A DNA stretch of 64,000 nt from Terriglobia bacterium (GCA_963748015.1 CAVVHE010000004.1:1440001-1504000); one strand, 5' to 3'; positions 20,362-31,522 are shown, counted from the first letter of the stretch. Notes: generated by a model from the sequence alone, not told the origin. Numbers and translations: made by a program.

Positions 20362-21455
20362 GCCGAGACCTCCTCGCGGAGCCGCTCGGCCTGATCGTGG
20401 GAGGAGAGGGCCTCGACGATCGCGCCGAGGTCGCCGTTCATCACGTTCTGGAGCGCGTGCACGGTGAGGCCGATGCGGTGGTCGGTGACCCGGCTCTGGG
20501 GGAAGTTGTACGTGCGGATCTTCTGGCTGCGGTCGCCGGAGCCGATCATGTCGCGCCGCTGACTGGCGATCGCCTCGTGCTGCTCCCGGCGCTTCATGTC
20601 GTAGAGCCGGGACCGCAGCACCTGCAGCGCCCTCGCCTTGTTCTTGTGCCACGACTTCTCGTCCTGGCACTGGACGACGGTGTTGGTCGGCAGGTGCGTG
20701 ATCCGGACCGCGGAGTAGGTCGTGTTCACGCTCTGCCCGCCGGGGCCCGACGAGCAGAAGGTGTCGATCCTGATCTCCTTCTCGTCGATGTGGATCTCGA
20801 CGTCGTCGGCCTCGGGGAGGACGGCCACGGTGACCGCGGAGGTGTGGATCCTCCCCTGGGACTCCGTGGCGGGGACGCGCTGGACGCGGTGCACGCCGCT
20901 CTCGTACTTGAGGCGGCTGTAGACGCGGTCCCCCTCGATGAGCGCGATGACCTCCTTGATCCCCCCGACGGTACTCTCGGACAGGTCCGTCGTCTGGACC
21001 TTCCAGCCCTGCCCTTCCGCGTAGCGCGAGTACATCCGGAAGATCTCGGCGGCGAACAGCGAAGCCTCGTCGCCGCCGGTCCCGGCGCGGATCTCGAGCA
21101 CGACGTTCTTCGCGTCGGCGGGGTCGGTGGGGAGGAGCAGGATGGTGAGCTGCCGCTCGAGCTCGTCGAGCTGCGCCTCGAGCGCCTTGGTCTCCTCCCC
21201 CGCCATCGCCCGCATCTCGGGATCGTCGGAGGAGTCGTGGAGCTCCCGGGCGCCGGCGAGGTCGGATGCCACCCGCCGGTACGTGGCGAACCCGTCCACG
21301 ATCGGCTTCAGCTCGGAGTACTGCTTCGTCGCCGCCCGGTACCGCGTCATGTCGTTCACGACGTCGGGGTCGGCCAGGGCGCTTCCCAGCTCCTGGTATC
21401 GCGCCTCCAGGAACTTGAGCTTGTTCTCCAGCTTGGGGTCGAGGGTTCCCGCCAT
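20358..21455 (-). CDS. prfA: Peptide chain release factor 1
   Basis: [12 protein letters not shown] (PxT motif), [16 protein letters not shown]. Confidence 0.97.
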   Translation of the reverse strand: MAGTLDPKLENKLKFLEARYQELGSALADPDVVNDMTRYRAATKQYSELKPIVDGFATYRRVASDLAGARELHDSSDDPEMRAMAGEETKALEAQLDELERQLTILLLPTDPADAKNVVLEIRAGTGGDEASLFAAEIFRMYSRYAEGQGWKVQTTDLSESTVGGIKEVIALIEGDRVYSRLKYESGVHRVQRVPATESQGRIHTSAVTVAVLPEADDVEIHIDEKEIRIDTFCSSGPGGQSVNTTYSAVRITHLPTNTVVQCQDEKSWHKNKARALQVLRSRLYDMKRREQHEAIASQRRDMIGSGDRSQKIRTYNFPQSRVTDHRIGLTVHALQNVMNGDLGAIVEALSSHDQAERLREEVSA

Positions 21456-21499
21456 GGCTCAGCTTCAGGTGGGACCGGCGCAGGGCGGCGCCGCATCCC

Positions 21500-21721
21500 T
21501 CAGTTGGCGGTCTCGGCGCCCTGCTTCTTGGTGTAGCGCTTCTCGAACCGCTCGATGCGGCCCGCGGCGTCCACCAGCTTCTGCTTCCCGGTGAAGAACG
21601 GGTGGCAGGCGGAGCAGATCTCGACCCGCATCTCCTTCTTGGTCGACCGGGTCGCGAAGCTGTTGCCGCACGCGCAGACCACGGTAAGGTCGTGGTACTC
21701 GGGGTGAATCTTTGCCCTCAT
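21500..21721 (-). CDS. rpmE: 50S ribosomal protein L31, Zn-binding type
   Basis: [30 protein letters not shown]; start ATG 21721. Confidence 0.96.
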   Translation of the reverse strand: MRAKIHPEYHDLTVVCACGNSFATRSTKKEMRVEICSACHPFFTGKQKLVDAAGRIERFEKRYTKKQGAETAN

Positions 21722-21750
21722 GTCCCTACCTCTCGCTTCCAAAGTGCTGA

Positions 21751-21779
21751 ATTATAGGGGACTCCGCCCCGTCCCGCAA
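21751..21779 (-). promoter_or_regulatory. Sigma-70 promoter for the rpmE-prfA-prmC operon
   Basis: Minus strand TTGCGG-17 nt-TATAAT, 30 nt upstream of rpmE ATG. Confidence 0.65.
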
Positions 21780-21785
21780 CGCCCG

Positions 21786-21850
21786 CCCTCAACCACGGGC
21801 GCGTACTCGGGCGGGAGTCCCTTCCCGGGCCCTGTTTTGCATGTGCCCGC
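21786..21850 (-). repeat. Partial tandem duplicate of one end of element C
   Basis: 21786-21850 is an imperfect direct repeat of 21854-21920 (CCACGGGCGCG.ACTCGGGCGG..GTCCCTTCCCGGGCCCTGTTTTGCATG.GCCCGC). Confidence 0.85.
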
Positions 21851-21864
21851 CCGCTCTCAGCCAC

Positions 21865-22023
21865 GGGCGCGGACTCGGGCGGCGAGGTCCCTTCCCGGGC
21901 CCTGTTTTGCATGCGCCCGCTATTCCTTAGCGGGCGCATGCAAAACCGGAGCGAGCGGGACGCGGCAGAACGCGAACCCGCGAGCGTGCCCGGGAAGGGA
22001 CCTCGCCGCCCGAGTACGCGCCC
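21865..22023 (-). repeat. Structured intergenic element, copy C
   Basis: 36-bp inverted repeat with 1 mismatch, 21865-21900/21988-22023, enclosing GGCACGCT...GCTCCG-GTTTT-stem-AAAAC-AGGGCC on the minus strand. Confidence 0.85.
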
Positions 22024-22029
22024 CCCCAA

Positions 22030-23274
22030 CTACGCCATGCTGTTGAGGAACTCCTCGTTCGTCTGGGTCTTGAGGAGCTTGTCGCGGAGCAGCTCCATCG
22101 CCTCGACGGGGGACATCTGCTGCAGGACCTTGCGGAGGACCCACGTGCGGTCCAGCTCCTTCTTGGTGAGGAGCAGCTCCTCCTTGCGGGTCCCCGAGCG
22201 CATCAGGTCCACCGCGGGGAACACGCGGCGGTCGGCGAGCTTCCGGTCGAGGTTGATCTCCATGTTCCCGGTTCCCTTGAACTCCTCGAAGATCACGTCG
22301 TCCATCCGGGAGCCGGTGTCGATCAGCGCGGTCGCCATGATCGTCAGCGACCCGCCCTCCTCCACGTTTCGCGCCGCGCCGAAGAACCGCTTCGGCTTCT
22401 GGAGGGCGTTCGCATCGAGTCCTCCCGACAGCACGCGCCCGGACGACGTCTGGACCGAGTTGTAGGCGCGCGCGAGACGGGTGACCGAGTCGAGGAGCAG
22501 GACGACGTCGCGCCGGGCCTCCACGAGCCGCTTGGCCTTCTCCATCACCATCTCCGCGACCTGGACGTGCCTCGTCGCGGGCTCGTCGAAGGTCGAGGAG
22601 ATCACCTCGCCCTGGACCGACCGGCGCATGTCGGTGACCTCCTCGGGCCGCTCGTCGATCAGCAGGACGATGAGGTAGACCTCGGGGTGGTTCTGCGTGA
22701 TGGCGTGCGCCATCGCCTGGAGCATCATCGTCTTTCCGGTGCGAGGCGGGGAGACGATGAGACCGCGCTGTCCCTTGCCGAGCGGGACCATGAGGTCGAG
22801 GACGCGGCCGGAGACGTCCGGGCCGGGGAGCTCGACGCGGAGGCGTTCCTGCGGGTAGAGCGGCGTCAGGTTGTCCCACGGAGTGCGCCCCTGGCTCTCC
22901 TCCGGGGAGCGGCTGTTGACCGAGTCCAGCTTGGCGAGGGCGAAGTACTTCTCCCCCGGCTTCGGGGGTCGCAGCTCGCCGACGATCGAGTCGCCGGTCA
23001 GCAGGCCGAACCGCCGGATCTGCGCCGGCGACACGTAGACGTCGTCCGGTCCGGGGAGGTAGCTCGCCTCCTGCGCCCGCAGGAAGCCGTAGCCGTCCTG
23101 GAGCTTCTCGAGGACTCCCTCGGCGCGGATCGAGCCGTTCCGCGCGGCCTCGGTCTGCAGGATGCGGTAGACCAGGTCCTGGCGGCGAAGGCCGCCGGCT
23201 CCCGGCACGTCCATGCGCGCCGCCAGCTTGACCAGCTGCGACGCCTCCATCGTTTTCAGCTCGCGAATGTCCAT
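22030..23274 (-). CDS. rho: Transcription termination factor Rho (copy 1, canonical)
   Basis: [59 protein letters not shown]. Confidence 0.97.
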   Translation of the reverse strand: MDIRELKTMEASQLVKLAARMDVPGAGGLRRQDLVYRILQTEAARNGSIRAEGVLEKLQDGYGFLRAQEASYLPGPDDVYVSPAQIRRFGLLTGDSIVGELRPPKPGEKYFALAKLDSVNSRSPEESQGRTPWDNLTPLYPQERLRVELPGPDVSGRVLDLMVPLGKGQRGLIVSPPRTGKTMMLQAMAHAITQNHPEVYLIVLLIDERPEEVTDMRRSVQGEVISSTFDEPATRHVQVAEMVMEKAKRLVEARRDVVLLLDSVTRLARAYNSVQTSSGRVLSGGLDANALQKPKRFFGAARNVEEGGSLTIMATALIDTGSRMDDVIFEEFKGTGNMEINLDRKLADRRVFPAVDLMRSGTRKEELLLTKKELDRTWVLRKVLQQMSPVEAMELLRDKLLKTQTNEEFLNSMA

Positions 23275-23894
23275 GCCCTGCCCTTGCCCTTCGTCGCCGC
23301 CCGTGCCTCGAGCGACCGGTCGAGATGCGACCAGATTTCACGAATACCCAACCCCGTCTTCGCCGACACCAGCAGCGGCGCAACACCTTCCGGCGAGGGT
23401 CCCAGCGCCTCGCGGACCGCGCGGCCTGCCGTCGCGCGCTCGTTCCCCGACAGCTTGTCGGCCTTCGTCGCGACCGCCACGAACGGGGCGCCTCTCGCGA
23501 CCAGCCAGTCCCTCATCATCAGGTCGAGTTCGGTGGCCCCCTGCCGGGCGTCCACGATGAGGACCGCGATGGCGATCCGCTCGTGCTGGCGCTCCAGGAA
23601 ACCCTGCGCCATCGGACGCCAGGAGCGCCGGATCTCCTCGGGGACCTTCGCGAAGCCGTACCCCGGCAGGTCCACGAACCAGAGCGCCTCGTTGATCCTG
23701 TAGAAGTTCACGCTCTGCGTGCGCCCCGGCGTCGAGGAGGTCCGGGCCAGGTTGCTCACGCCGAGCAGCCGGTTGATCAGCGAGGACTTCCCCACGTTCG
23801 ATCGCCCGAGGAACACGACGCACGGTCCGGAGCCCCGGGGCTCGTCCTCGGCCCGGTGGGCGGCGCGCTCGAAACGGCAGGAGACGATCTTCAC
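23256..23894 (-). CDS. engB: Ribosome biogenesis GTPase YihA/EngB
   Basis: [31 protein letters not shown]; position after lon. Confidence 0.94.
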   Translation of the reverse strand: MKIVSCRFERAAHRAEDEPRGSGPCVVFLGRSNVGKSSLINRLLGVSNLARTSSTPGRTQSVNFYRINEALWFVDLPGYGFAKVPEEIRRSWRPMAQGFLERQHERIAIAVLIVDARQGATELDLMMRDWLVARGAPFVAVATKADKLSGNERATAGRAVREALGPSPEGVAPLLVSAKTGLGIREIWSHLDRSLEARAATKGKGRAWTFAS

Positions 23895-23958
23895 GGGCGA
23901 TTCGACCGCGCCGCTTCGCGGCGATCCGGAACGATCCCCCGGCGACGCTTCCGGGGGA

Positions 23959-26391
23959 TCAATGGGTGACGGATCCGTCTTCGGGACGATCGTCGGCCGC
24001 GTCGGCCGCGTCGTCGGTCCGGATCTCGGCGCTCGGGGGCAGCGGCCCGATGAGCGCGATCTCGAGGACCTCGTCCATCTGCTCCACGAGGCAGAATCTC
24101 AGCTGCTTCGAGATGTCGTCGGGGATGTCCGCGAGGTCCTTCTCGTTGTCGCGGGGGAGGATCACGGTCGTCGTGCCGAACCGGTGCGCGGCGAGGACCT
24201 TTTCCTTGACCCCGCCGATCGGCAGGACCTTTCCGCGGAGGGTGATCTCGCCGGTCATCGCCACGTCCTGCCGCACCGCGACCCCGGTGAGCAGCGAGGT
24301 CAGCGCGACCGCCATCGTGATGCCCGCCGAGGGGCCGTCCTTGGGAATCGCCCCCTCCGGGACGTGCACGTGCAGGTCGTACTTCCGGTAGAACTGCGGG
24401 TCGATCCCGAGCAGGTCGGAGCGGCTCCGTATCCAGGAGAGCGCGGCCTGCGCCGACTCCTGCATCACCTCGCCGAGCTGGCCCGTGAGGGTCATCCTCC
24501 CGCGCCCCCGCATCAGGGTCGCCTCGGTGGTGAGGATCTCGCCCCCTACCTCGGTCCACGCCAGCCCGGTCGCCACGCCGACCTCCGGCGCGTGCCGGTC
24601 CTCGCGCTGCGGGTGGTAGCGCGGCACGCCGAGCAGCTCGACGACGCGCGCCGCCGTGAGCGGCTCGCCCGGCTTGTACTCGCCGGCCACCGTCTTTCGG
24701 GCGACCTTCCGGCAGATCGACGCGATCTCGCGCTCGAGGTTCCGGACGCCGGCCTCGCGCGTGTAGCGCTCGACGATCTCGATGATCCCGGCGTCCTCGA
24801 ACGCCAGCTTCGCGCGCTTCAAGCCGTGGGCCTTGACCTGCTTCGGCACCAGGTACTTCTGCCCGATCGCCATCTTCTCGTTGAGCGTGTACCCGGCGAT
24901 CCGGATCATCTCGGTCCGGTCTCTCAGCGCCGGCGGGATCGTGTGGATCACGTTCGCCGTCGCGATGAACATCACCTCGGAGAGGTCGAACTCGGTGTCC
25001 ACGTAGTGATCGAGGAACGAGTGGTTCTGCTCGGGGTCGAGGACCTCGAGAAGGGCCGCCGACGGGTCGCCGCGGAAGTCCGCGGCCATCTTGTCCACCT
25101 CGTCGAGGAGGAACACCGGGTTCTTCGTCCCGGCCTTGCGCATCATCTGGATGATCTGCCCGGGGAAGGCGCCGATGTAGGTCCTCCGGTGGCCCCTTAT
25201 CTCCGCCTCGTCGCGGACGCCGCCGAGCGACAGCCTGACGAACTTCCGCCCCGTCGCGCGGGCGATGGACTTGGCGAGCGAGGTCTTCCCGACGCCGGGG
25301 GGGCCGACGAAGCAGAGGATCGAGCCCTTCGTGTCCTTCGCCTTGACCAGGCGGCGGACCGCGAGGAACTCGAGGATCCTCTCCTTGATCTTCTCGAGCC
25401 CGTGGTGGTCCTCGTTCAGGATCCGCTCCGCGCGCCGGATGTCGGTCAGCTCGCGGCTCTTCTTGGCCCAGGGAAGGGCCAGCAGCCACTCGAGGTAGTT
25501 CCGGGACACCGTGGCCTCGGCCGAGACCGGCGGCATCACCTCGAGGCGCTTCAGCTCCTGTAGCGACTTCTCCTTGGCCTCGGGGGGCATCCCCGCCGCC
25601 TCGATCTTCTGCCGGAACTCCTCGATCTCGTTGACGCGGTCGTCCTTGCGGCCCAGCTCCTGCTGGATCGCCTTGATCTTCTCGTTGAGGTAGTACTCCT
25701 TCTGCGCCTTCTCCATCTGCTTCTTGACGCGGGTGTTGATCTTCTTGTCCACCCTCAGCTTCTCGATCTCGACCTCGAGGAGGCGCGCGACCTGCTCCAA
25801 CCGGTCCTTCGGAGCGATCGTCTCGAGGAGCCCCTGCTTGTCCTCGAGGCCGATGGGAAGGTGGGCGGCGACGGTGTCCGCCAGCCGGCCCGGATCGCCG
25901 ATGCGGACGGTGGACAGCAGCGTCTCGTAGGGAAGGCCGGGCGAGTACTTGATGTAGCGCTCGAAGAGTGTCGAGACGCGGTTCATCGTTTCCTGGAGCT
26001 CGGGGGTGACCTCGATCTGCCGGTCGATCGGCTTCAGCACCGTCCGGAAGAACCCCTCCGGCGTCTCTTCGATCTCGAGGACGCGCGCCCGGTGCGCCCC
26101 CTCGACCAGCAGCTTCACGTTGCCGTTCGGGAGCTTGAGGTGCTGCACGATCGAGGCGACCGTGCCGACGGTGTTGATCTCGTCGGCGGACGGCTGGTCC
26201 ACCTTGGCGCTCCGCTGCGTGGACAGGAAGATGCGCTTGTCGCCCGACAAGGCGTTCTCGACCGCCAGCAGCGAGGCCCTGCGCCCCACCACGAAGGGAA
26301 CCATGGTGTGGGGGAACACCACGATGTCCCGGAGGGGGACCATGGGAAGGCTGGTCACGCTGTCGGCGGAACGCGAAGCGCGTTCGTCCAT
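23959..26391 (-). CDS. lon: ATP-dependent protease La
   Basis: [41 protein letters not shown]. Confidence 0.98.
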   Translation of the reverse strand: MDERASRSADSVTSLPMVPLRDIVVFPHTMVPFVVGRRASLLAVENALSGDKRIFLSTQRSAKVDQPSADEINTVGTVASIVQHLKLPNGNVKLLVEGAHRARVLEIEETPEGFFRTVLKPIDRQIEVTPELQETMNRVSTLFERYIKYSPGLPYETLLSTVRIGDPGRLADTVAAHLPIGLEDKQGLLETIAPKDRLEQVARLLEVEIEKLRVDKKINTRVKKQMEKAQKEYYLNEKIKAIQQELGRKDDRVNEIEEFRQKIEAAGMPPEAKEKSLQELKRLEVMPPVSAEATVSRNYLEWLLALPWAKKSRELTDIRRAERILNEDHHGLEKIKERILEFLAVRRLVKAKDTKGSILCFVGPPGVGKTSLAKSIARATGRKFVRLSLGGVRDEAEIRGHRRTYIGAFPGQIIQMMRKAGTKNPVFLLDEVDKMAADFRGDPSAALLEVLDPEQNHSFLDHYVDTEFDLSEVMFIATANVIHTIPPALRDRTEMIRIAGYTLNEKMAIGQKYLVPKQVKAHGLKRAKLAFEDAGIIEIVERYTREAGVRNLEREIASICRKVARKTVAGEYKPGEPLTAARVVELLGVPRYHPQREDRHAPEVGVATGLAWTEVGGEILTTEATLMRGRGRMTLTGQLGEVMQESAQAALSWIRSRSDLLGIDPQFYRKYDLHVHVPEGAIPKDGPSAGITMAVALTSLLTGVAVRQDVAMTGEITLRGKVLPIGGVKEKVLAAHRFGTTTVILPRDNEKDLADIPDDISKQLRFCLVEQMDEVLEIALIGPLPPSAEIRTDDAADAADDRPEDGSVTH

Positions 26392-26443
26392 CCGTTCCTC
26401 CTGTCCTGGAAAAGTCTGATTCGGCGGGCGGTCGGGAGCCGGT

Positions 26444-27685
26444 CTAGCCGACCTTCTCCATCACGACGAGCGGGCTGCTCTTCTTGAGGACCACGTCCTT
26501 CGTGACCACGACCTCCTTCACGCCCGTCTGGGACGGGAGCGCGAACATCATGTCGAGCATCAGCTCCTCGACGATCATTCGCAGCCCCCGGGCGCCGATC
26601 TTCCGCTCGATCGCCAGCCGCGCCACGGCTTCGAGGGCGTCGTCCGTGAACCTCAGGCTCGCGCCCTCGTACTCGAAGATCTTCTGAAACTGCTTGACCA
26701 AGGCGTTGCGGGGCTCGGTGAGGATCTTGACCAGGGAGCCCGCGTCGAGCTCGTCGAGCACGGCCACCACGGGCAGGCGCCCCACGAATTCCGGAATCAT
26801 TCCGAACTTGATCAGGTCGAGGGGCTGCACCTGGCCGAGGACCTCCTGGAGGTTCTTCTCGCGGCGCGCCTTCACGTCGGCCTTGAATCCCATCGTCTTG
26901 CGGCCGATGCGCTGCTCGACGATTCCCTCGAGCCCGACGAACGCCCCGCCGCAGATGAACAGGATGTTCGTCGTGTCCACCGGGACGAACTCCTGGTGGG
27001 GGTGCTTGCGCCCGCCCTGCGGGGGGACGTTGGCGACGGTCCCCTCGAGGATCTTGAGGAGCGCCTGCTGCACGCCCTCGCCCGAGACGTCGCGGGTGAT
27101 CGAGGGGTTCTCGCCCTTGCGGGCGATCTTGTCCACCTCGTCGATGTAGATGATCCCGCGCTGGGCCTTCTCGACGTCGTTACCGGCGTTCTGCAGCAGC
27201 TTGAGGATGATGTTCTCGACGTCCTCGCCGACGTACCCGGCCTCGGTGAGCGTGGTCGCGTCCACCAGGGCGAACGGGACCGACAGCAGCCTCGCGAGGG
27301 TCTGCGCGAGGAGCGTCTTGCCGGAGCCGGTCGGCCCGATCAGGAGGATGTTCGACTTCTGGATCTCGACGTCGTTGCGGCGGCGCGACATCTCGTTGCG
27401 CTTGTAGTGGTTGTACACCGCGACCGCGAGGCGCTTCTTCGCCGAGTCCTGCCCGACCACGTACTCGTCGAGGAACGACTTGATCTCGACCGGCTTCGGG
27501 AGGCGCACCCTCCCCTCGCCGTCGTCCCCGTCCTTCTCCTCGGCGATGATGTCGAGGCAGATGTCCACGCACTCGTCGCAGATGTAGACGGTGGGGCCGG
27601 CGATGAGCTTCCGCACGTCCCTCTGGCTCTTGTTGCAGAAGGAGCACTTGAGGCCTTCGCCCCCCTCGGCCTTCTTGCGGGTCAT
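26444..27685 (-). CDS. clpX: ATP-dependent Clp protease ATP-binding subunit
   Basis: CSFC..ICDEC zinc finger, [38 protein letters not shown]. Confidence 0.98.
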   Translation of the reverse strand: MTRKKAEGGEGLKCSFCNKSQRDVRKLIAGPTVYICDECVDICLDIIAEEKDGDDGEGRVRLPKPVEIKSFLDEYVVGQDSAKKRLAVAVYNHYKRNEMSRRRNDVEIQKSNILLIGPTGSGKTLLAQTLARLLSVPFALVDATTLTEAGYVGEDVENIILKLLQNAGNDVEKAQRGIIYIDEVDKIARKGENPSITRDVSGEGVQQALLKILEGTVANVPPQGGRKHPHQEFVPVDTTNILFICGGAFVGLEGIVEQRIGRKTMGFKADVKARREKNLQEVLGQVQPLDLIKFGMIPEFVGRLPVVAVLDELDAGSLVKILTEPRNALVKQFQKIFEYEGASLRFTDDALEAVARLAIERKIGARGLRMIVEELMLDMMFALPSQTGVKEVVVTKDVVLKKSSPLVVMEKVG

Positions 27686-28302
27686 CGGCCCACCTCGGCG
27701 GGTCCGGACGCGCCCGCCAGGTCCCGCCGGTGGATCACCTGGTCGATCAGGCCGTACGCCAGCGCCTCGTCCGCGCTCATGATGAAGTCCCGGTCGGTGT
27801 CCTTCTCGATCTTGTCGAGCGCCTGCCCGGTGTGGTCCGCGAGGATCTCGTTGAGCCGCTCGCGCATCTTGAGGATCTCGCGGGCCTGGATGTCGATGTC
27901 GGACGCCTGGCCCTGGAAGCCGCCCCAGGGCTGGTGGATCATCACCCTCGAGTTCGGGAGCGCGAACCGCTTCCCCTTCGTCCCCGCCGACAGCAGCACC
28001 GCGCCCATGCTGGAGGCCTGGCCGATGCAGATCGTGCTGATGTCCGGCTTGACGAACCGCATCGTGTCGTAGATCGCCAGGCCCGCGGTGATCGAGCCGC
28101 CGGGGGAATTGATGTAGATCGAGATGTCCTTGTCCGGGTCCTCGGCCTCGAGGAACAGGAGCTGGGCGATGATCAGATTCGAGACCATGTCGTCGATGGG
28201 CATCCCCAGGAAGACGATGTTGTCCTTGAGAAGGCGCGAGTAAATGTCGTACGCGCGCTCTCCCCGGCTCGTCTGCTCAACGACCATCGGGACTAGAGGC
28301 AT
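27682..28302 (-). CDS. clpP: ATP-dependent Clp protease proteolytic subunit
   Basis: [29 protein letters not shown]; start reassigned to ATG 28302. Confidence 0.97.
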   Translation of the reverse strand: MPLVPMVVEQTSRGERAYDIYSRLLKDNIVFLGMPIDDMVSNLIIAQLLFLEAEDPDKDISIYINSPGGSITAGLAIYDTMRFVKPDISTICIGQASSMGAVLLSAGTKGKRFALPNSRVMIHQPWGGFQGQASDIDIQAREILKMRERLNEILADHTGQALDKIEKDTDRDFIMSADEALAYGLIDQVIHRRDLAGASGPAEVGR

Positions 28303-28303
28303 G

Positions 28304-29581
28304 TCATCCCTCACGTTGAATATTAGCAACGGAGGTCAGGAAGTCAAGCGTTCTCTCTCTAACTAGCTGATCTTGCAGGGCTTCGATCCCGTCGCTCTTC
28401 GCCAGCCGCTTGCGCACGGCCTCGAACGGCTCCCCGATGCGCTCGGCCTCCTTGCGGATGCGGGCGTCGACCTCCGACGGGTCCACCGAGATGGACTCGA
28501 CCCGGGCGACGGCGTCGAGGACCAGCCGGGCGTGGACCGACTTGCGCGCCGGCGCCTCCTGGCGGTCGCGTATCTCCTTCCAGTCCACCTTGATCTTGGA
28601 CGGATCCACCCCCTGCATCATCACGGCCCGCACGAAGTCCTCCAGGCGGTGGTGGATCTCGTCCTCCACGAGGGCGTCGGGGAGGACGGCCGGGTTCTCG
28701 AGGAGGATCTTGTCGAGGATGGACTGGCGGAGGGCCATGCGGGCCTCGGTCCGCTTCCTCTCCTCGAGATCGCCCCTCATGCGAGCGCGGAGGGCGTCGA
28801 GGCTCTCGAAGTCGCCGACGTCGCGGGCGAACTCGTCGTCGAGCGCCGCGACGACGCGCTGCTTGACCTCGTGCACGTGGACCTTGTAGCCGACGGACTT
28901 CCCCGCCAGCGAGGCGTTGTCGTACTCCTTCGGGTAGGCCACCGTGAACGCCAGGTCGGAGCCCGCCACGGCGCCGTGGACCCGCTCGTTGAACTCCGGG
29001 AGGTTCTCGGGGGCGCCCACCTCGATCATCGTGCGCTCGCGACGGAAGGCCTCGCCCTCCTCGGGCTGCCCCTCGACGTCCACCAGGATGACGTCCCCGG
29101 TGGATGCGGCGCGCCCTTCCTCGGAGACGAGGCGGGCCTGCGACTGGCGGAGCTCCTCGAGGGCCTTCTCCACCTCGGCGTCGGTCACCTCCCCGGAGGG
29201 CTCCCGGGCCTCGATCCCCTTGTACTCCTTAGGATCGATCTGGGGCAGCACCTCGAAGGTGGTGCGGAAGCTGAGCGGGCCGTCCTTGTCGTGCGACAGG
29301 TGGTCGAGCGCCGGCTCGCCGATCGGCTTGAGCCCCTTCTCGCGCGTCGCTTCCGCGAGCAGCCGCGACATGAGGCGGTCGCGGACGTCGTCCTCGACCT
29401 CCTTCGCGAAGCGGGTGCGTACGACGCCGAGGGGCACCTTGCCCGGGCGGAACCCCGGGACGCGAACGCGGGACGCGAGGCGGCGGACGACGTCCTCGGT
29501 CTCCTTCTCCACCTCCTGCGGCTCGACCTCGATGGAGAGGCTCTTCTTCACCGGACTGAGGTCCGTCACTTCGACTTTCAT
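28304..29581 (-). CDS. tig: Trigger factor
   Basis: [10 protein letters not shown] signature; tig-clpP-clpX-lon synteny. Confidence 0.95.
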   Translation of the reverse strand: MKVEVTDLSPVKKSLSIEVEPQEVEKETEDVVRRLASRVRVPGFRPGKVPLGVVRTRFAKEVEDDVRDRLMSRLLAEATREKGLKPIGEPALDHLSHDKDGPLSFRTTFEVLPQIDPKEYKGIEAREPSGEVTDAEVEKALEELRQSQARLVSEEGRAASTGDVILVDVEGQPEEGEAFRRERTMIEVGAPENLPEFNERVHGAVAGSDLAFTVAYPKEYDNASLAGKSVGYKVHVHEVKQRVVAALDDEFARDVGDFESLDALRARMRGDLEERKRTEARMALRQSILDKILLENPAVLPDALVEDEIHHRLEDFVRAVMMQGVDPSKIKVDWKEIRDRQEAPARKSVHARLVLDAVARVESISVDPSEVDARIRKEAERIGEPFEAVRKRLAKSDGIEALQDQLVRERTLDFLTSVANIQREG

Positions 29582-29669
29582 GGGATCTTCTCCGAGAGCG
29601 CCGCCGGGCGGCCCAGGGAAGCGGTCGCTGCGACCGTCCTCCGGTCGCGGCCCCGAGACGCCCGAGGTA

Positions 29670-29745
29670 TGGTGAGCCGCCCAGGAATCGAACCTGGAAC
29701 CCGCAGATTAAGAGTCTGCTGCTCTGCCAATTGAGCTAGCGGCCC
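29670..29745 (-). tRNA. tRNA-Lys(CTT)
   Basis: GGGCCGCTAGCTCAATTGGCAGAGCAGCAGACT-CTT-AATCTGC...GGTTCGATTCC...CCA cloverleaf. Confidence 0.95.
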
Positions 29746-29827
29746 ATACCTCTAAAGCGCGGCGACCGCATATCGTAGCACAGCGTCCCGCCCGCCGGAA
29801 CCCTACCTCTTCCCGGACTGCAGACAT

Positions 29828-29905
29828 TGGCGCGCCCGGAGGGATTCGAACCCCCGACCGTCGGATCCGAAGTCCGATGCTCTATCCGGACTGAGCTACG
29901 GGCGC
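29828..29905 (-). tRNA. tRNA-Arg(TCG)
   Basis: Anticodon arm TCGGA-CT-TCG-GA-TCCGA, T-loop GTTCGAATC, CCA end. Confidence 0.93.
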
Positions 29906-29935
29906 GGAGTCTCGACCTCTTCCCGTCCGCCGAAA

Positions 29936-30012
29936 TGGGGTGAGTGGAGGGATTCGAACCCTCGACGGCCAGATCCACAGTCTGGAGCTCTACCAACTGA
30001 GCTACACTCACC
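29936..30012 (-). tRNA. tRNA-His(GTG)
   Basis: Anticodon arm CCAGA-CT-GTG-GA-TCTGG; encoded G-1 and C73; CCA end. Confidence 0.95.
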
Positions 30013-30036
30013 ACAACGTCCGAACGGTCACCCCCC

Positions 30037-30112
30037 TGGCGCGCCTGGAGGGAATTGAACCCCCGACCCGCGGCTTAGAAGGCCGCTGCTCTATCCACTG
30101 AGCTACAGGCGC
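30037..30112 (-). tRNA. tRNA-Arg(TCT)
   Basis: Anticodon arm GCGGC-CT-TCT-AA-GCCGC; CCA end. Confidence 0.95.
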
Positions 30113-30144
30113 CGACCCCCTTCATCTCGCCGCGGCGAAGCGAA

Positions 30145-30222
30145 TGGTGCGCGTGGCAGGATTTGAACCTGCGACACCTAGCTCCGGAGGCTAGTGCTCT
30201 ATCCGGGCTGAGCTACACGCGC
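30145..30222 (-). tRNA. tRNA-Arg(CCG)
   Basis: Anticodon arm CTAGC-CT-CCG-GA-GCTAG; CCA end. Confidence 0.95.
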
Positions 30223-30259
30223 CCCGACGCCTTCCACCAGATCGGGCTCTCCTCGGAGC

Positions 30260-30336
<77 letters not shown>

Positions 30337-30363
30337 CCGTCGAGTCCCCGTCCTGGCGGCAGG

Positions 30364-30392
30364 ACTTTAACATCCCCCCCCACCAGCGTCAA
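30364..30392 (-). promoter_or_regulatory. Sigma-70 promoter of the tRNA cluster
   Basis: Minus strand TTGACG-17 nt-TAAAGT with TG extended -10, upstream of tRNA-Pro. Confidence 0.65.
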
Positions 30393-30445
30393 CGCGGCCC
30401 GGCGCCGGACGGCGCGGTGCTATGCTGCGGGAGAGGGAAATAGAT

Positions 30446-31522
30446 ATGAGGATCGGGCTGTTCGGGTTCCCGAAAACGGGGAAGAGCACTCTGTTTTCGC
30501 TGCTGACGGGGGCGCCGCTGCCGGTGCAAGGGGCGCGCGAGGAAGTGCGGGTCGGGGTGTCGCGCGTGCCGGATCCGCGGCTCGACCGCCTCGCGGAGAT
30601 GTACCACCCGAAGAAGTTCACCCCCGCCACCGTCGAGTACATGGACATCGTGGGTGTCGAAAAGGGCGAGGCGGCCGAGGCCCTCCCGCTCGACCAGCTG
30701 CGCACGGCCGACGCCCTCGCGCACGTGGTGCGGGGCTTCCGCGACGACGCGATCCCCCACGTCGAGGGCCCCCCCGATCCGCCCCGGGACGTCTCGACGA
30801 TGGAGACCGAGCTGATCCTCGCGGACCACACGATCGCGAGCCGCAGGATCGAGAAGCTCGAGATGGCGCTGAAGAAGGCCCACCGCGACGAGGACCGGAA
30901 GGAGCTCGACCTCCTCCGCAAGTGCCTCGAGTCCCTCGAGCGCGAGGTGCCGCTCCGCAACCTCGAATTCCCCGAGGACGACCGGAAGCGGCTCCGCGGC
31001 TTCACCTTCCTCTCGCTCAAGCCCCTGCTCGTCGTCGTGAACGCCGACGAGGCGGACGCGAAGCTCCTCGCCGGGGGCGCCGCCTCCTTCGGCCTCGCCG
31101 GCCTCCAGGGGAAGCCCGCCACCGAGGTCGTCGCGCTGTCGGCGCGGATCGAGGGGGAGATCGCCCAGCTCGACCCGGGCGACGCCGCCGCCTTCCGCGC
31201 CGAGCTGGGGATCGCCGAGCCCGCCCTCGACCGGATGATCCGCGGCTCGTACCGGCTCCTCGGGCGGATCTCGTTCTTCACCGTGGGCGACGACGAGTGC
31301 CGCGCCTGGACGATTCGCGAGGGCACCCCGGCGCGCAGCGCCGCCGGCGCGGTCCACAGCGACATCGAGCGCGGCTTCATCCGCGCCGAGCTGGTCGCGT
31401 ACGACGACCTCGTCGCCGCCGGCGCCTGGGCGGCCTGCCGCGACCGCGGCACGCTGCGCCTCGAGGGGAAGGACTACCTCGTGCGCGACGGCGACGTGAT
31501 CAACTTCCGCTTCGGGGTCTGA
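30446..31522 (+). CDS. ychF: YchF/Ola1 family P-loop NTPase (divergent)
   Basis: GFPKTGKST, VPDPRLDRL, DIVG, ISFFTVG, RAWTI, HSDIERGFIRAE, RLEGKDYLVRDGDVINFRF; start ATG 30446. Confidence 0.9.
   Translation: MRIGLFGFPKTGKSTLFSLLTGAPLPVQGAREEVRVGVSRVPDPRLDRLAEMYHPKKFTPATVEYMDIVGVEKGEAAEALPLDQLRTADALAHVVRGFRDDAIPHVEGPPDPPRDVSTMETELILADHTIASRRIEKLEMALKKAHRDEDRKELDLLRKCLESLEREVPLRNLEFPEDDRKRLRGFTFLSLKPLLVVVNADEADAKLLAGGAASFGLAGLQGKPATEVVALSARIEGEIAQLDPGDAAAFRAELGIAEPALDRMIRGSYRLLGRISFFTVGDDECRAWTIREGTPARSAAGAVHSDIERGFIRAELVAYDDLVAAGAWAACRDRGTLRLEGKDYLVRDGDVINFRFGV

Noticed and set aside
10607..22023. Reading elements A, B and C as ordinary MITEs or intrinsic terminators
   Set aside because: The terminal arms are not conserved between copies, no target-site duplication is evident, and there is no U-tract after the closing stem.
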